NCBI GenBank assembly: GCA_016787665.1
Contig: JAEUUC010000009.1
Location: 131,744 to 195,743 of the forward strand
Reading direction: 5' to 3'
Source of the DNA: Cyclobacteriaceae bacterium
GTDB lineage: Bacteria > Bacteroidota > Bacteroidia > Cytophagales > Cyclobacteriaceae
Length of the DNA: 64,000 nt
Shown here: in pieces, positions 27,427-37,508 of the stretch
Position numbering within the stretch: the stretch's first letter is position 1
Layout: each line of letters starts with the position of its first letter
Translations under genes and position numbers: made by a program
The notes under the pieces: generated by a model
Databases searched by the model: none
Told to the model about the DNA's origin: nothing
The model's input: only the letters and a program-made list of their open reading frames with translations

Positions 27427-28694
27427 ATTTTGTCAAAACCAGTGTACGGTACCAACACGGGTGGGATACGAATGCCCGCGGGAGACTGATTGTTTTCCAG
27501 TAAGGCCGCCACAATGCGGGGCAAAGCCAGCGCACTGCCATTCAACGTGTGCAGCAATTGGGTTTTACCCTCGCCCGACTTGTAGCGCAGTTTCAGGCGG
27601 TTTGCCTGGTAGGTTTCAAAATTGCTGACGGAGCTCACCTCCAGCCAGCGTTGTTGCGCTGCCGAAAACACCTCCATGTCAAACGTCTGGGCCGAGTTAA
27701 AGCCCATGTCGCCCCCGCAGAGTAGCAGTTTGCGATACGGAAGCTCAAGTTTTTCCAGCAGACCTTGCACGTGTGCGCACATTTCATCCAGCACGCGATA
27801 CGAGTCCTCGGGGCGCGTGATCTGAACAATTTCGACCTTATCAAACTGATGAAGGCGATTGAGTCCGCGTACATGCGCCCCCCAGCTTCCAGCTTCGCGC
27901 CTGAAGCAAGGTGTGTAGCCCACATTCTTAACGGGCAGTTCGGCCTCGGTAAGAATGACATCGCGGTAAAGGTTAGTAATCGGCACCTCAGCGGTGGGGA
28001 TCAGATAGAGGCCATCCTGCGGAATAAAATACATCTGCCCTTCCTTATCCGGCAACTGCCCCGTGCCATAGCCGCTTGCTTCATTCACGACAATAGGCGG
28101 CATAACCTCCGCATACCCGGCCTTCGCGGCCTCATCAAGGAAGAAATTGATCAGGGCGCGTTGCAACTTTGCTCCCTTGCCTTTATACACCGGGAATCCT
28201 GCTCCTGAAATTTTTACACCCAGATCAAAATCGATGATGTCGTACTTTTTTATCAGCTCCCAATGCGGCAGCGACCCCTCAGGTAATACGGGAATGGCAC
28301 CGTGCTGGTAGGCCACGATGTTATCTTCCGCTGACTTGCCGGCAGGAACCGATGCTGCCGGTACGTTGGGGATTTTGTACAGGCTGATGCGCAGGTCACT
28401 TTCAAGTAAGGCCAGTTTATCCTCAAGTGTCTTCACCTCGGTTTTCCAACCGGCCACTTCTTCGCGCAAGCGGTTGGCCTGATCATTTTGTTTGGATTTC
28501 ATCAACTCCCCGATTTCGCGTGAACGGGCATTGATGTCCGCCTTGATTTTGTCCAGTTGCGTTTGCGTTTGCTTACGCTCATCATCCAACCGGATTACTT
28601 CGCTTACCATCCCCTCGGCATCTTTCAGGTTGCGTTTGCGCAAACCCTCTATGGCCTGTTGACGACTCTCCCGCAGGTAGCTCAATAGCAGCAT
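27423..28694 (-). CDS. serS: Seryl-tRNA synthetase
   Basis: 423 aa. N-terminal coiled-coil arm followed by class II motifs (FRREAGSWGAHVRGLNRLHQFDKVE, GGDMGFNSAQTFDMEVF). Confidence 0.95.
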   Translation of the reverse strand: MLLLSYLRESRQQAIEGLRKRNLKDAEGMVSEVIRLDDERKQTQTQLDKIKADINARSREIGELMKSKQNDQANRLREEVAGWKTEVKTLEDKLALLESDLRISLYKIPNVPAASVPAGKSAEDNIVAYQHGAIPVLPEGSLPHWELIKKYDIIDFDLGVKISGAGFPVYKGKGAKLQRALINFFLDEAAKAGYAEVMPPIVVNEASGYGTGQLPDKEGQMYFIPQDGLYLIPTAEVPITNLYRDVILTEAELPVKNVGYTPCFRREAGSWGAHVRGLNRLHQFDKVEIVQITRPEDSYRVLDEMCAHVQGLLEKLELPYRKLLLCGGDMGFNSAQTFDMEVFSAAQQRWLEVSSVSNFETYQANRLKLRYKSGEGKTQLLHTLNGSALALPRIVAALLENNQSPAGIRIPPVLVPYTGFDKI

Positions 28695-28744
28695 AAACTG
28701 TGATTTTTGAAGGGGCGCAAATTACTTACTTTTTTCAAGGCCGG

Positions 28745-28775
28745 TTTGATAATCGCCAAATTTACCCTATACTTG
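28745..28775 (+). promoter_or_regulatory. Candidate Bacteroidota-type promoter for rho
   Basis: TTTG at 28745-28748, a 19-nt spacer, then TATACTTG at 28768-28775. This approximates the -33 TTTG / -7 TAnnTTTG consensus. It would give a leader of about 140 nt before the rho ATG. Confidence 0.3.
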
Positions 28776-28921
28776 CAGTGTCTTTCCGACCCTTCCGGGT
28801 CATCAAATTCTAAAGACTCAGCAATAAAATTCGACTTGTACTTTAACCGGTATTGAATCGTTCTACGATAGTTTCTCCCTAAACAGTGAATTTTCCTTTT
28901 AACTAACTTTTTAATTTCTGC

Positions 28922-30472
28922 ATGTATACCATTGACGACCTGAATGTCAGGCTCCTGTCTGAGCTGAAAGAGATTGCCGAAGGCATGGGCGTAAAAAATG
29001 CCAAGAAACTGGGCAAACAAGAACTCGTCTACAAGATCCTCGACCAACAAGCCATTAGCCCCGAAGGCAAGGACAAAACGCCCGATCCACCTTTGGCTAA
29101 TGACACCGACCGCAAAATCCGGCCGCGCAGACGCGAGAATGTGGCCCCCAAGCCCGCCAAAGAGAGCAATGCCGAAGAAATCGTGAAGTCGATTGATGAT
29201 ATTGATCTCAGCTCGGCTGTGCCTACGTTTGAGCCCGAACGCCCGGTAGCCCGACCAGCGGAAACCCCGTCACCCGAGCCACGCGAAGAACGTGTACCTC
29301 AGCCCCCTCAGCAAGTAAATCCTCAAATCGCCAGCAGACGCGAGTTCATCAAAGAATTTGATGGTGCCGTAGGCAGTGAAGGAGTTTTGGAGATTATGCA
29401 GGACGGGTACGGTTTCCTCCGTTCATCCGATTATAACTATCTGGCCAGCCCGGATGACATTTATGTGTCACCTTCTCAAATCAAGATGCTGGGCCTCAAA
29501 GTGGGGGATACCGTGCGCGGCACCATTCGCCCCCCGAAGGAAGGTGAAAAGTATTTCGCCTTATTGAAAGTGGATACGGTTAACGGAAAGACTACGGACG
29601 AAATTCGTGACCGGGTCGCGTTTGAATACCTCACGCCTCTTTTCCCTAACGAAAAACTCAGGCTGAGCACTACTCCGGATAACATGTCCACCCGCATTTT
29701 GGACTTGTTCTCTCCGATTGGTAAGGGTCAGCGCGGCATGATTGTGGCACAACCCAAAACCGGTAAAACGGTCTTGTTGAAAAACATTGCCAACGCCATT
29801 GCCGAAAACCATCCGGAAGTTTACCTCATCGTATTGTTAATTGACGAACGTCCGGAAGAAGTTACCGACATGGCGCGCAGCGTACGTGCCGAAGTAATTG
29901 CCTCTACGTTTGACGAACAGGCCGAGCGGCACGTAAAAGTAGCCGGCATCGTGCTGGAGAAAGCTAAACGCATGGTCGAGTGTGGCCACGATGTGGTCAT
30001 CCTGCTGGATTCCATCACCCGCCTAGCACGTGCTCACAACACGGTGGTTCCTTCCTCCGGTAAGATCTTATCCGGTGGTGTGGATGCCAATGCCTTGCAC
30101 AAACCAAAACGCTTTTTTGGCGCTGCCCGTAAAATTGAAAATGGCGGTTCACTCACCATTATTGCCACCGCTTTGATTGATACCGGCTCGAAGATGGACG
30201 AAGTGATCTTTGAAGAATTCAAAGGCACAGGTAACATGGAACTGCAACTCGATCGCAAACTGGCCAACCGCAGAATTTATCCGTCAATTGATGTACCGGC
30301 TTCGGGCACCAGACGCGAAGATTTGCTGATGCGCGAAGAAGAAATGCAGCGCGTGTGGATTCTACGCAAGTTCATGGCCGACATGAATTCCGTAGAGGCG
30401 ATGGAATTCCTGCAATCCAAGATGAAAGGAACACGAAACAACGAAGAATTCCTGATCTCGATGAACGGATAG
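28922..30472 (+). CDS. rho: Transcription termination factor Rho with a ~97-aa N-terminal insertion
   Basis: 516 aa. Rho N-terminal helix bundle ([33 protein letters not shown]), a cold-shock-like RNA-binding domain ([15 protein letters not shown]) and Walker A motif AQPKTGKT. Confidence 0.95.
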   Translation: MYTIDDLNVRLLSELKEIAEGMGVKNAKKLGKQELVYKILDQQAISPEGKDKTPDPPLANDTDRKIRPRRRENVAPKPAKESNAEEIVKSIDDIDLSSAVPTFEPERPVARPAETPSPEPREERVPQPPQQVNPQIASRREFIKEFDGAVGSEGVLEIMQDGYGFLRSSDYNYLASPDDIYVSPSQIKMLGLKVGDTVRGTIRPPKEGEKYFALLKVDTVNGKTTDEIRDRVAFEYLTPLFPNEKLRLSTTPDNMSTRILDLFSPIGKGQRGMIVAQPKTGKTVLLKNIANAIAENHPEVYLIVLLIDERPEEVTDMARSVRAEVIASTFDEQAERHVKVAGIVLEKAKRMVECGHDVVILLDSITRLARAHNTVVPSSGKILSGGVDANALHKPKRFFGAARKIENGGSLTIIATALIDTGSKMDEVIFEEFKGTGNMELQLDRKLANRRIYPSIDVPASGTRREDLLMREEEMQRVWILRKFMADMNSVEAMEFLQSKMKGTRNNEEFLISMNG

Positions 30473-30473
30473 A

Positions 30474-31574
30474 TCAGTCAATCCATTTGAATAATCTGCT
30501 CCAGCGGACCTTGTTGACAAGGTCCGCTTCTTTTTCCACCGACATCCAGATGAAAAGCGGCTTGCCTACAATGTGATCTTCAGGCACAAATCCCCAATAG
30601 CGGGAGTCCAGCGAATTGTGCCGGCTGTCGCCCATCATGAAATAGTAATTTTGTTGGAAGGTGTAAGTAGGCGTGGCTTTCCCATCCACCAATAGCCGCC
30701 CTTTTCGAAAAACAACATGGTCGTGCCCCTCGTATTTTGAAATGTACTCTCCGTAGACTCGCCACGTTGAATCATTCATTGCGATCGTCATACCTTCCGC
30801 AGGCACTCTTACCGGGCCATACTCGTCACCATCCCATCGGGCAGCGGTACCTATTGGAAAAAGTGGGAATCCCATTCGGCTTGACACCTCGCGATCGGGT
30901 TCAACAGATCGTATAAATGGCAGGGCTTCCAATTCGGCCTTTTGCCTTTCCGTGAGCAGCATACGATACTTTACACTGCGATCTGCCTGCCGACCCAAAA
31001 GCGACACATCATCAGTACCCAGATTCAGACGGTCTCGTGTTCGGGCGCTTAACTCATCCTGCGCGGTCACCCAGTAACTGTGCATAAGGCCCTCCGGATT
31101 TTCGGCCATCCGGTTATTGATGAAGAGTTGGCGGTTTCGAACTTCCACCACATCGCCACCAATGGCAACGCAGCGTTTGATCAGATACGTCTTGAGATCA
31201 ACGGGGCGAACCGTGGGATCGAGCAAATCCTGTGGCACGTTGAATACCACCGGCTCACCACGCCTTACGCCCTGCAGGCCCGGAAGGCGATAAGACGGCA
31301 GCTGAATCCAATCCAGGTATGACGGAATTTCCGTTCCCCAGATTTTCTGGTGCGTCAACGGTATCTGCAAGGGTGTTCGCGGTGTACGGCTGCCATAGTG
31401 AATCTTGCTGACGACCAGATAATCACCCACCAACAAGCTGTTCTCCATCGAGGAAGTGGGGATCACAAAAGCTTCCGCCAGGGACCACCTGAACAAGGTG
31501 GCAACAACAACGGCAAACACGAAGGCATCGCGCCACTCGCGTAGTTTGGTCTTGATTTTCGCAGTTGACGCCAT
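30474..31574 (-). CDS. lepB: Signal peptidase I
   Basis: 366 aa. Catalytic Ser box IPTSSMENSLLVGDYLVVSK and Lys box MMGDSRHNSLDSRYWGFVP. Confidence 0.9.
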   Translation of the reverse strand: MASTAKIKTKLREWRDAFVFAVVVATLFRWSLAEAFVIPTSSMENSLLVGDYLVVSKIHYGSRTPRTPLQIPLTHQKIWGTEIPSYLDWIQLPSYRLPGLQGVRRGEPVVFNVPQDLLDPTVRPVDLKTYLIKRCVAIGGDVVEVRNRQLFINNRMAENPEGLMHSYWVTAQDELSARTRDRLNLGTDDVSLLGRQADRSVKYRMLLTERQKAELEALPFIRSVEPDREVSSRMGFPLFPIGTAARWDGDEYGPVRVPAEGMTIAMNDSTWRVYGEYISKYEGHDHVVFRKGRLLVDGKATPTYTFQQNYYFMMGDSRHNSLDSRYWGFVPEDHIVGKPLFIWMSVEKEADLVNKVRWSRLFKWID

Positions 31575-31620
31575 AAAGCAGGGGATTTATCCCGTGTATA
31601 CGGCTCGGGTAAACGAAAGG

Positions 31621-32226
31621 TTAGGCTTTCGCCAGCAGTGCCTGCGCTATCACGTAACGATTGGGTTGTGTGGTAGCAAGCGCCTGGAGCAAATCCACTA
31701 CACGAGCGGCCCCGATCTTATCGCACCATTCGAACGGACCGAACGGGTAGCCGGTTCCCAACTTCATGGCTATATCGATGTCATCCCGCGTGGCAATTCC
31801 CTCGTCAAACGCCAGGTGAGCTTCATTGATGATCATGGCCAACACCCGCGGTGAAACCAATCCAATTTGATCGTTGACAGTCAAAAACGACACATTCCAT
31901 TCTTTCGCCAGCCTGTCAAGCGTTGCTGCATGAACCTGATCCAAAAGGGAAACTTCAACCGATGGTCGTGAAAGAAAGCCCGGCCATCCGCAAAAACCAA
32001 AAAGTGGAGCTCCTGTGCCGGCAAAGGCTGCCAGCGGATACCTCATAACGTCTGCAAAAATGACTGGCCCGTTCGGACATGGGTGATGGGGGTCAGGTCG
32101 AAAATCGAAAAGGACATCCAGCCCTGACTCATCGGGGGCAACCACGTCAATAAACCGGAAATTTCCCCCCAACCGCGTGCGAATTTCCTGAGACTGATCC
32201 GTGTCTCCCCGTATACCGATGTTCAT
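31621..32226 (-). CDS. 3-hydroxyacyl-CoA dehydrogenase-like protein retaining only the C-terminal domain (probably non-catalytic)
   Basis: 201 aa. VLAMIINEAHLAFDEGIATRDDIDIAMKLGTGYPFGPFEWCDKIGAARVVDLL matches the 3HCDH C-terminal domain. There is no GxGxxG motif at the N-terminus, and HFFNP is replaced by FCGWPGF. Confidence 0.6.
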   Translation of the reverse strand: MNIGIRGDTDQSQEIRTRLGGNFRFIDVVAPDESGLDVLFDFRPDPHHPCPNGPVIFADVMRYPLAAFAGTGAPLFGFCGWPGFLSRPSVEVSLLDQVHAATLDRLAKEWNVSFLTVNDQIGLVSPRVLAMIINEAHLAFDEGIATRDDIDIAMKLGTGYPFGPFEWCDKIGAARVVDLLQALATTQPNRYVIAQALLAKA

Positions 32227-32265
32227 GGGCGTGTGCTATCTTGCAGTGTTGTAAAAGTAACGAAT

Positions 32266-32646
32266 ATGTCAAAAGAAGTGATCTACTCCGACAAAGCACC
32301 TGAGCCCATTGGGCCATACAGCCAAGCTGTGAAAAACCACCACTTGTTGTTTGTTTCCGGCCAAATTGCCATCGACCGAAAAACCGGAAACCTGGTAACC
32401 ACGAACATCGCGGAAGAAACGATGATGGTGATGAAAAATCTGGAGCACATCCTGACCGCAGCGGGATTGGGTTTTCATCACGTGGTCAAGTGTAGCATCT
32501 TTCTCAAAAACATGGCGGACTTCCCCAAAGTGAATGAAGTGTATGGGTCGTATTTCACGCACAACCCTCCGGCCCGCGAAACTGTAGAAGTGAGTCGATT
32601 GCCCAAAGATGTCAATGTAGAAATCTCCTGCATTGCCATGGGGTGA
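32266..32646 (+). CDS. RidA/YjgF/TdcF-family reactive-intermediate deaminase
   Basis: ATG at 32266 gives MSKEVIYSDKAPEPIGPYSQAVKNHHLLFVSGQIAID...PARETVEVSRLPKDVNVEISCIA, the classic RidA pattern. Confidence 0.9.
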   Translation: MSKEVIYSDKAPEPIGPYSQAVKNHHLLFVSGQIAIDRKTGNLVTTNIAEETMMVMKNLEHILTAAGLGFHHVVKCSIFLKNMADFPKVNEVYGSYFTHNPPARETVEVSRLPKDVNVEISCIAMG

Positions 32647-33104
32647 TGATCACCTGGCCTCATTCCCGCAAAACGTTTGTCATCACGATGGCAGCGGAAG
32701 ACGTGGTCAATAGCCTGAGGCCGGTTACGGTGCCTCGTGAGGCAGGCATAAATGGAAAAATCATGTTCACCGGCTGGGTGCAAAACGATCGGTTTCAGAT
32801 CATGCGGTATGCTACCCGAATTAATCCCTTCCAACCGGTTGCTCACGGGCGGCTGGAATCTCCCTCCCGGGGCTGCATCCTGGTTTTGCAATACCACCTG
32901 CTGCCGATCACCCGGTGGTTATTGATGGCGGGAGCCTTTGTGGCTGTCCTGACCGCCACGGTTATTTACCAGGCCAGGCAACCGGCAGCGGCCGGAGCCA
33001 TTGCCGGAACCACCCTGGTTGTTGGCCTTGTGGCGTGGCTCAATTTCCGATTGCACCGGCAAGATCTTGAAACGCATATACTCCGCGTGCTGCAGGAACA
33101 CTAA
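32646..33104 (+). CDS. Hypothetical protein with two C-terminal TM helices
   Basis: ~152 aa. Start overlaps the RidA stop (gTGATG). Hydrophobic helices WLLMAGAFVAVLTATVIY and AIAGTTLVVGLVAWLNF. No family recognised. Confidence 0.4.
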   Translation: MITWPHSRKTFVITMAAEDVVNSLRPVTVPREAGINGKIMFTGWVQNDRFQIMRYATRINPFQPVAHGRLESPSRGCILVLQYHLLPITRWLLMAGAFVAVLTATVIYQARQPAAAGAIAGTTLVVGLVAWLNFRLHRQDLETHILRVLQEH

Positions 33105-33141
33105 GGCCAAAATCCCTACCTTTCAGCCTCTTTTTTGTTAG

Positions 33142-34674
33142 ATGAAACCCGTTCGTGTTCGTTTTGCGCCAAGCCCTACCGGGGCTCTGCACATTGGTGG
33201 CGTGCGCACCGCCCTTTACAATTATTTGCTCGCCCGGCAAACGGGCGGAACGATGATTCTGCGAATCGAGGATACGGATCAGGAGCGCTTCGTGCCGGGT
33301 GCCGAACAGTATATCCTGGATTCCCTTCGATGGGCCGGCATTGAAATTGATGAGGGTGTGGGCGTGGGTGGGCCCCACGCGCCCTACCGACAGTCAGAGC
33401 GAAAAGAGTTATATGGCCGATATGCACAGCAATTGATTGAAGTTGGCCACGCGTACTACGCTTTCGATACGGAGGCGGAACTTGACGCCATGCGGGAGCG
33501 ATTAAAATCAACTGGCGCATCCAATCAGCAATACGGTAGCCAAACGCGCATGAGTATGCGCAACTCGTTAACGCTTGCACCCGAAGAGGTCAATCGTCTG
33601 TTGCGGGAAAAAACACCTTACGTTATCCGTTTGAAGATGCCAGCCGAAGGTGACGTTAAGTTGAACGACCTGATCCGCGGGGAAGTTGTGTTTCAAAATG
33701 CACAGGTCGATGATAAGGTGTTGATGAAATCCGATGGCATGCCTACGTACCACCTGGCAAACGTGGTGGACGACTACCTGATGAAGATTTCGCACGTGAT
33801 CCGGGGCGAAGAATGGTTGCCTTCGGCACCCTTGCACGTTACCCTGTACCGGCTGCTGGGCTGGCAAAACGAGATGCCGCAGTTTGCGCACCTGCCGCTG
33901 TTATTGAAACCGGATGGACACGGCAAACTCAGTAAGCGCGATGCCGATCAACTTGGCTTCCCCATCTTTCCGCTCAACTGGAAGGATCCCAAATCAGGTG
34001 AAATCAGTCGTGGCTATCGCGAATGGGGCTACCTGCCCGAGGCCGTCATTAACTTCCTGGCGTTGCTGGGGTGGAACCCGGGAACCGAGCAGGAATTGTT
34101 TTCCAAAGAGGAATTGGTTCAGGTGTTCTCCCTCAATCGCATCAACAAGGCCGGTGCCCGCTTTGATATCCAAAAAGCGCAATGGTTCAATCAGCATTAC
34201 CTGCGCGCCCAACCCGATGATGTGCTGGCCGGTTATCTCCTCTCCTCACTGAAAGCTAATCAAATCAACTGCCCACAGGACAAAGCCGTAGCGATTGCCA
34301 AGGTGTTGCGCGAGCGTGTAACGTTCCCGGCCGATTTCTGGGAACAAGGCAAATTTTTCTTTTACCCACCCACGGAATACGACCCGCAGGTGGTCGCAAA
34401 AAAGTGGACGTCCACGGTTGCGGCCGTGTTAGATGCCTATCGCCAGGAAATTGAACCGCTCACTACGCTCACGCATACGGACGCCAAACAAAAACTGGAC
34501 GAGGTGTGCGCCCGTCTTCAAGCGAAAACCGGGCAAATACTGCAGCCCTTGCGCACAGCTATCACGGGCGGAGCCTCAGGGCCCGATTTAATGGTAACCC
34601 TGGAGATACTCGGGCCTAAAGAAGTGGCCCACCGACTCGCTGCAGCCTTACACACCATAAAACCGATTGCCTGA
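33142..34674 (+). CDS. gltX: Glutamyl-tRNA synthetase
   Basis: 510 aa. VRVRFAPSPTGALHIGGVRTALYNYL (HIGH motif) and GHGKLSKRD (KMSKS variant). Confidence 0.95.
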   Translation: MKPVRVRFAPSPTGALHIGGVRTALYNYLLARQTGGTMILRIEDTDQERFVPGAEQYILDSLRWAGIEIDEGVGVGGPHAPYRQSERKELYGRYAQQLIEVGHAYYAFDTEAELDAMRERLKSTGASNQQYGSQTRMSMRNSLTLAPEEVNRLLREKTPYVIRLKMPAEGDVKLNDLIRGEVVFQNAQVDDKVLMKSDGMPTYHLANVVDDYLMKISHVIRGEEWLPSAPLHVTLYRLLGWQNEMPQFAHLPLLLKPDGHGKLSKRDADQLGFPIFPLNWKDPKSGEISRGYREWGYLPEAVINFLALLGWNPGTEQELFSKEELVQVFSLNRINKAGARFDIQKAQWFNQHYLRAQPDDVLAGYLLSSLKANQINCPQDKAVAIAKVLRERVTFPADFWEQGKFFFYPPTEYDPQVVAKKWTSTVAAVLDAYRQEIEPLTTLTHTDAKQKLDEVCARLQAKTGQILQPLRTAITGGASGPDLMVTLEILGPKEVAHRLAAALHTIKPIA

Positions 34675-34675
34675 T

Positions 34676-34906
34676 ATGCCCAGCCAACAAAAGCCCGGCA
34701 AGAAAAAAGCAAAACCTCGCGTTCACCGCGAACTGGAGGGATTTGAGGTGCGCGTAAATTCGTTTGGTGAAATCTCATCCAACCTGGAAATTGAAAAAAT
34801 CAACGAATTCCTGAATCGCAACGTGGAGGATAAGAAGTTGGAGGAACGCGAAGATTACTCCGAACTCAAGCAAGGGAAAACCCGTAAAAGGAAGAAAACC
34901 CGATGA
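34676..34906 (+). CDS. Small lysine-rich hypothetical protein
   Basis: 76 aa from the ATG at 34676 (MPSQQKPGKKKAKPRVHRELEGFEVRVNSFGEI...KTRKRKKTR). The ORF-track TTG start at 34667 overlaps the gltX stop. No family recognised. Confidence 0.4.
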   Translation: MPSQQKPGKKKAKPRVHRELEGFEVRVNSFGEISSNLEIEKINEFLNRNVEDKKLEEREDYSELKQGKTRKRKKTR

Positions 34907-34909
34907 TTT

Positions 34910-35680
34910 ATGAATTCGCACGTCATTGACTACCAAATTCAAGGCGAAAGCATTCAGATTGTAGAAGTGGAACTGGACCCGATGGAAACCGTGATCGCGG
35001 AGGCGGGGGCCATGTTGTTTATGGAAGAAGGGATTCAGTTCGAGACGAAGATGGGTGACGGATCCAACCCCAATCAAAGCCTGTTCGATAAATTGCTCTC
35101 GGCCGGAAGCCGCGTACTCACCGGTGAGTCATTGTTTATGACGCACTTTACAAACCGCGGTAACCGAAAGGCGAAGGTGGGATTCTCAGCTCCGTATCCC
35201 GGCACGGTCATTCCCGTGGACCTGGCTACCATGCGCGGCCAGGAGTTGATCGTTCAAAAAGACGGATTTCTGTGTGCCGCTTTTGGCACAAAACTGAGCA
35301 TTGTATTCAATAAACGAATTGGCGCTGGATTAGTAGGTGGTGAAGGTTTCATTCTGCAGAAACTTCAAGGTGATGGGCAAGCATTTGTGCATGCCGGTGG
35401 TACGCTGATTGAAAGAATGTTGAACAACGAAACACTCCGCGTTGACACCGGGTGCGTGGTGGCTTTTGAATCGCACATCGACTTTAATGTGGAAACCACG
35501 GGCAGTCTGCGCTCCATGGTCTTTGGTGGGGAGGGAATCTTTCTGGCCACGCTGCGGGGAAGCGGCAAGGTTTGGCTTCAGTCCATGCCGATTCGCAAAT
35601 TGGTTCAGGCATTGGCACCTTACGGAGGCAACAGTCGCAAAGAATCCAGTTCGCTGCTGGGCGGGCTACTCGAACGTTAA
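34910..35680 (+). CDS. TIGR00266/AIM24 (DUF124) family protein
   Basis: 256 aa. [44 protein letters not shown] and ...[21 protein letters not shown] are typical of the family. Confidence 0.8.
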   Translation: MNSHVIDYQIQGESIQIVEVELDPMETVIAEAGAMLFMEEGIQFETKMGDGSNPNQSLFDKLLSAGSRVLTGESLFMTHFTNRGNRKAKVGFSAPYPGTVIPVDLATMRGQELIVQKDGFLCAAFGTKLSIVFNKRIGAGLVGGEGFILQKLQGDGQAFVHAGGTLIERMLNNETLRVDTGCVVAFESHIDFNVETTGSLRSMVFGGEGIFLATLRGSGKVWLQSMPIRKLVQALAPYGGNSRKESSSLLGGLLER

Positions 35681-36264
35681 CGCCAGGGCCAGCGCGGCAC
35701 CAGGGCGGGCACCTCGGCCCGGTACTGCCGATACGCGTCCCCGAAGTGCCGCAGGAGCTTCCGCTCTTCGAGCCATATGCCGATGGGTAGGTACAGAAAA
35801 ATGCATCCGGCCGTGGTTAACGAAGCATAGGTAGGTACAAACAACACATAGCCTAATACCAAAAGGATGGTGCCACTGTAAAGCGGATGCCGAACGTGTT
35901 GCAGAATGCCCTCTCTTTTGAAGTTCCCTTCGTCTGTGGCAAGGCCTAAGAAGGGCTTGAGCGGGTATTGGCGAAACGCCAGGCGAATCACCAGCACCCC
36001 GAACGTGGCCAGCACCAGGCCGAAATACCTAAGCCACGGACCGGAATCAATCCAAAAGTCGGGAGGAAGAGAGGCCGCCAGCAACAACAAACCGATCAGG
36101 CCCAACGTGGCTATGCCCGAGTAAAACAACCGAAAGCCCCGGGGAGATACCAAACGAAAGGCAGCGCGCTTAACGCTATCGGCCGCCAAAAGACTGTGAA
36201 CCAAAAAGTAGATGACCCAACCGGCTATCAAAATTCCGTATGTCATAGCCAAAGGTACCACCAA
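35677..36264 (-). CDS. Membrane methyltransferase of the isoprenylcysteine carboxyl / phospholipid methyltransferase type
   Basis: 195 aa with about 5 TM helices. C-terminal signature [21 protein letters not shown]...[27 protein letters not shown]. Confidence 0.65.
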   Translation of the reverse strand: MVVPLAMTYGILIAGWVIYFLVHSLLAADSVKRAAFRLVSPRGFRLFYSGIATLGLIGLLLLAASLPPDFWIDSGPWLRYFGLVLATFGVLVIRLAFRQYPLKPFLGLATDEGNFKREGILQHVRHPLYSGTILLVLGYVLFVPTYASLTTAGCIFLYLPIGIWLEERKLLRHFGDAYRQYRAEVPALVPRWPWR

Positions 36265-36302
36265 AATCGCGGGCGAATAATCGCCTTTTGGTAACTTGTG
36301 GC

Positions 36303-37508
36303 ATGATTACCATCGGCTTGATTCGTGAAGGCAAAGTGCCGCCCGACAAACGTGTCACCTTTACCCCTCTTCAAGCGGAGGAGATTCTACAACGTTATCC
36401 CAACGTCCGCGTGATTTGTCAGACCAGCCCGATTCGTTGCTTCCAGGATGACGAGTATCGCGCCCTGGATGTGCTCGTGCGGGAAGATATGAGTGACTGC
36501 GACATCTTAATGGGAATCAAGGAAGTGCCGATTAGCCAGCTCATTCCGAACAAGACCTACTTTTTCTTTTCCCACACCATAAAGAAGCAACCGTACAACC
36601 GGGGCTTGCTGAAAGCCATATTGGAGAAAAAGATACGTCTGATCGACTATGAGGCCCTGAAGGATTTTCAGGGAAACCGCCTGGTTGCTTTTGGCCGATA
36701 TGCCGGTCTTGTGGGCGCCTACAATGGATTACTGACCTACGGAAAACGCCATCACCTGTTTGACCTAAAGCGAGCCGGGGACTGCTTTGATGTCAATCAG
36801 CTCAAGCTTGAGATTCGTAAGGTGAAACTGCCCGCCATCAAGATTGTGCTGACCGGAGCGGGCCGCGTGGCGAAAGGTGCCATGGAAACACTCGATACTG
36901 CCGGTATCCAAAAGGTATCACCCCAGGACTATCTGACCAAAACATTTTCGGAGCCGGTGTATACCCAGCTTTCCAGTGCCGACTTTCATACGCGGAAGGA
37001 GGGTGGCCATTTCAACCGTGAAGAGTTTCATCAACATCCCGAGCGCTATGCCTGCCACTTTGTAGAATTCGCCCGGCACAGTGACCTGTTTCTGGCAGGC
37101 GCATTTTGGAACCCCAAAGCACCTGTCTTGTTCACCCGGGCCGATATGCTGCAGCCGGGGTTCCGCATTCGGGTGATCGCGGACATCACCTGTGATATCA
37201 ATGGCTCCATTCCGTCAACAAAAAAACCAAGCACCATTGCCGATCCGTGGTATGACTACGATGCTGCCACCGACAGCACGCAACCACCGTTTACCGGTGA
37301 CCACCAGGTCACCGTTATGGCCATTGACAATCTACCCTGTGAATTGCCCCGAAGTGCGTCCGAAGAATTTGGACGAGACATGCTGGACCGAATCATGAAA
37401 CCTCTGCTGGAGGAGGATCACGACCAGATTATTGCCCGAGCGACCATAGCCGAACATGGCCAGCTAACGCCCCACTTCAGCTACTTGCAGGACTACGTTA
37501 ATGGCTAA
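36303..37508 (+). CDS. Saccharopine/alanine dehydrogenase-like NAD(P) oxidoreductase (lysine-ketoglutarate-reductase-like)
   Basis: ATG at 36303 gives MITIGLIREGKVPPDKRVTFTPLQ. Also IKEVPISQLIPNKTYFFFSHTIKKQPYN and Rossmann motif KIVLTGAGRVAKGA. Confidence 0.7.
   Translation: MITIGLIREGKVPPDKRVTFTPLQAEEILQRYPNVRVICQTSPIRCFQDDEYRALDVLVREDMSDCDILMGIKEVPISQLIPNKTYFFFSHTIKKQPYNRGLLKAILEKKIRLIDYEALKDFQGNRLVAFGRYAGLVGAYNGLLTYGKRHHLFDLKRAGDCFDVNQLKLEIRKVKLPAIKIVLTGAGRVAKGAMETLDTAGIQKVSPQDYLTKTFSEPVYTQLSSADFHTRKEGGHFNREEFHQHPERYACHFVEFARHSDLFLAGAFWNPKAPVLFTRADMLQPGFRIRVIADITCDINGSIPSTKKPSTIADPWYDYDAATDSTQPPFTGDHQVTVMAIDNLPCELPRSASEEFGRDMLDRIMKPLLEEDHDQIIARATIAEHGQLTPHFSYLQDYVNG

Noticed and set aside
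28695-28921. Possible riboswitch or T-box in the 227-bp serS/rho divergent region
   Set aside because: I saw only a short 5-bp hairpin (gaccc ttcc gggtc) and a promoter-like element. Nothing matches a riboswitch class that I can recognise by eye.
35442-35834. 130-aa plus-strand ORF rich in Arg/Ala/Pro
   Set aside because: It is out of frame over the 3' end of the AIM24-family gene and antisense to the methyltransferase gene. The composition is typical of an off-frame artefact.
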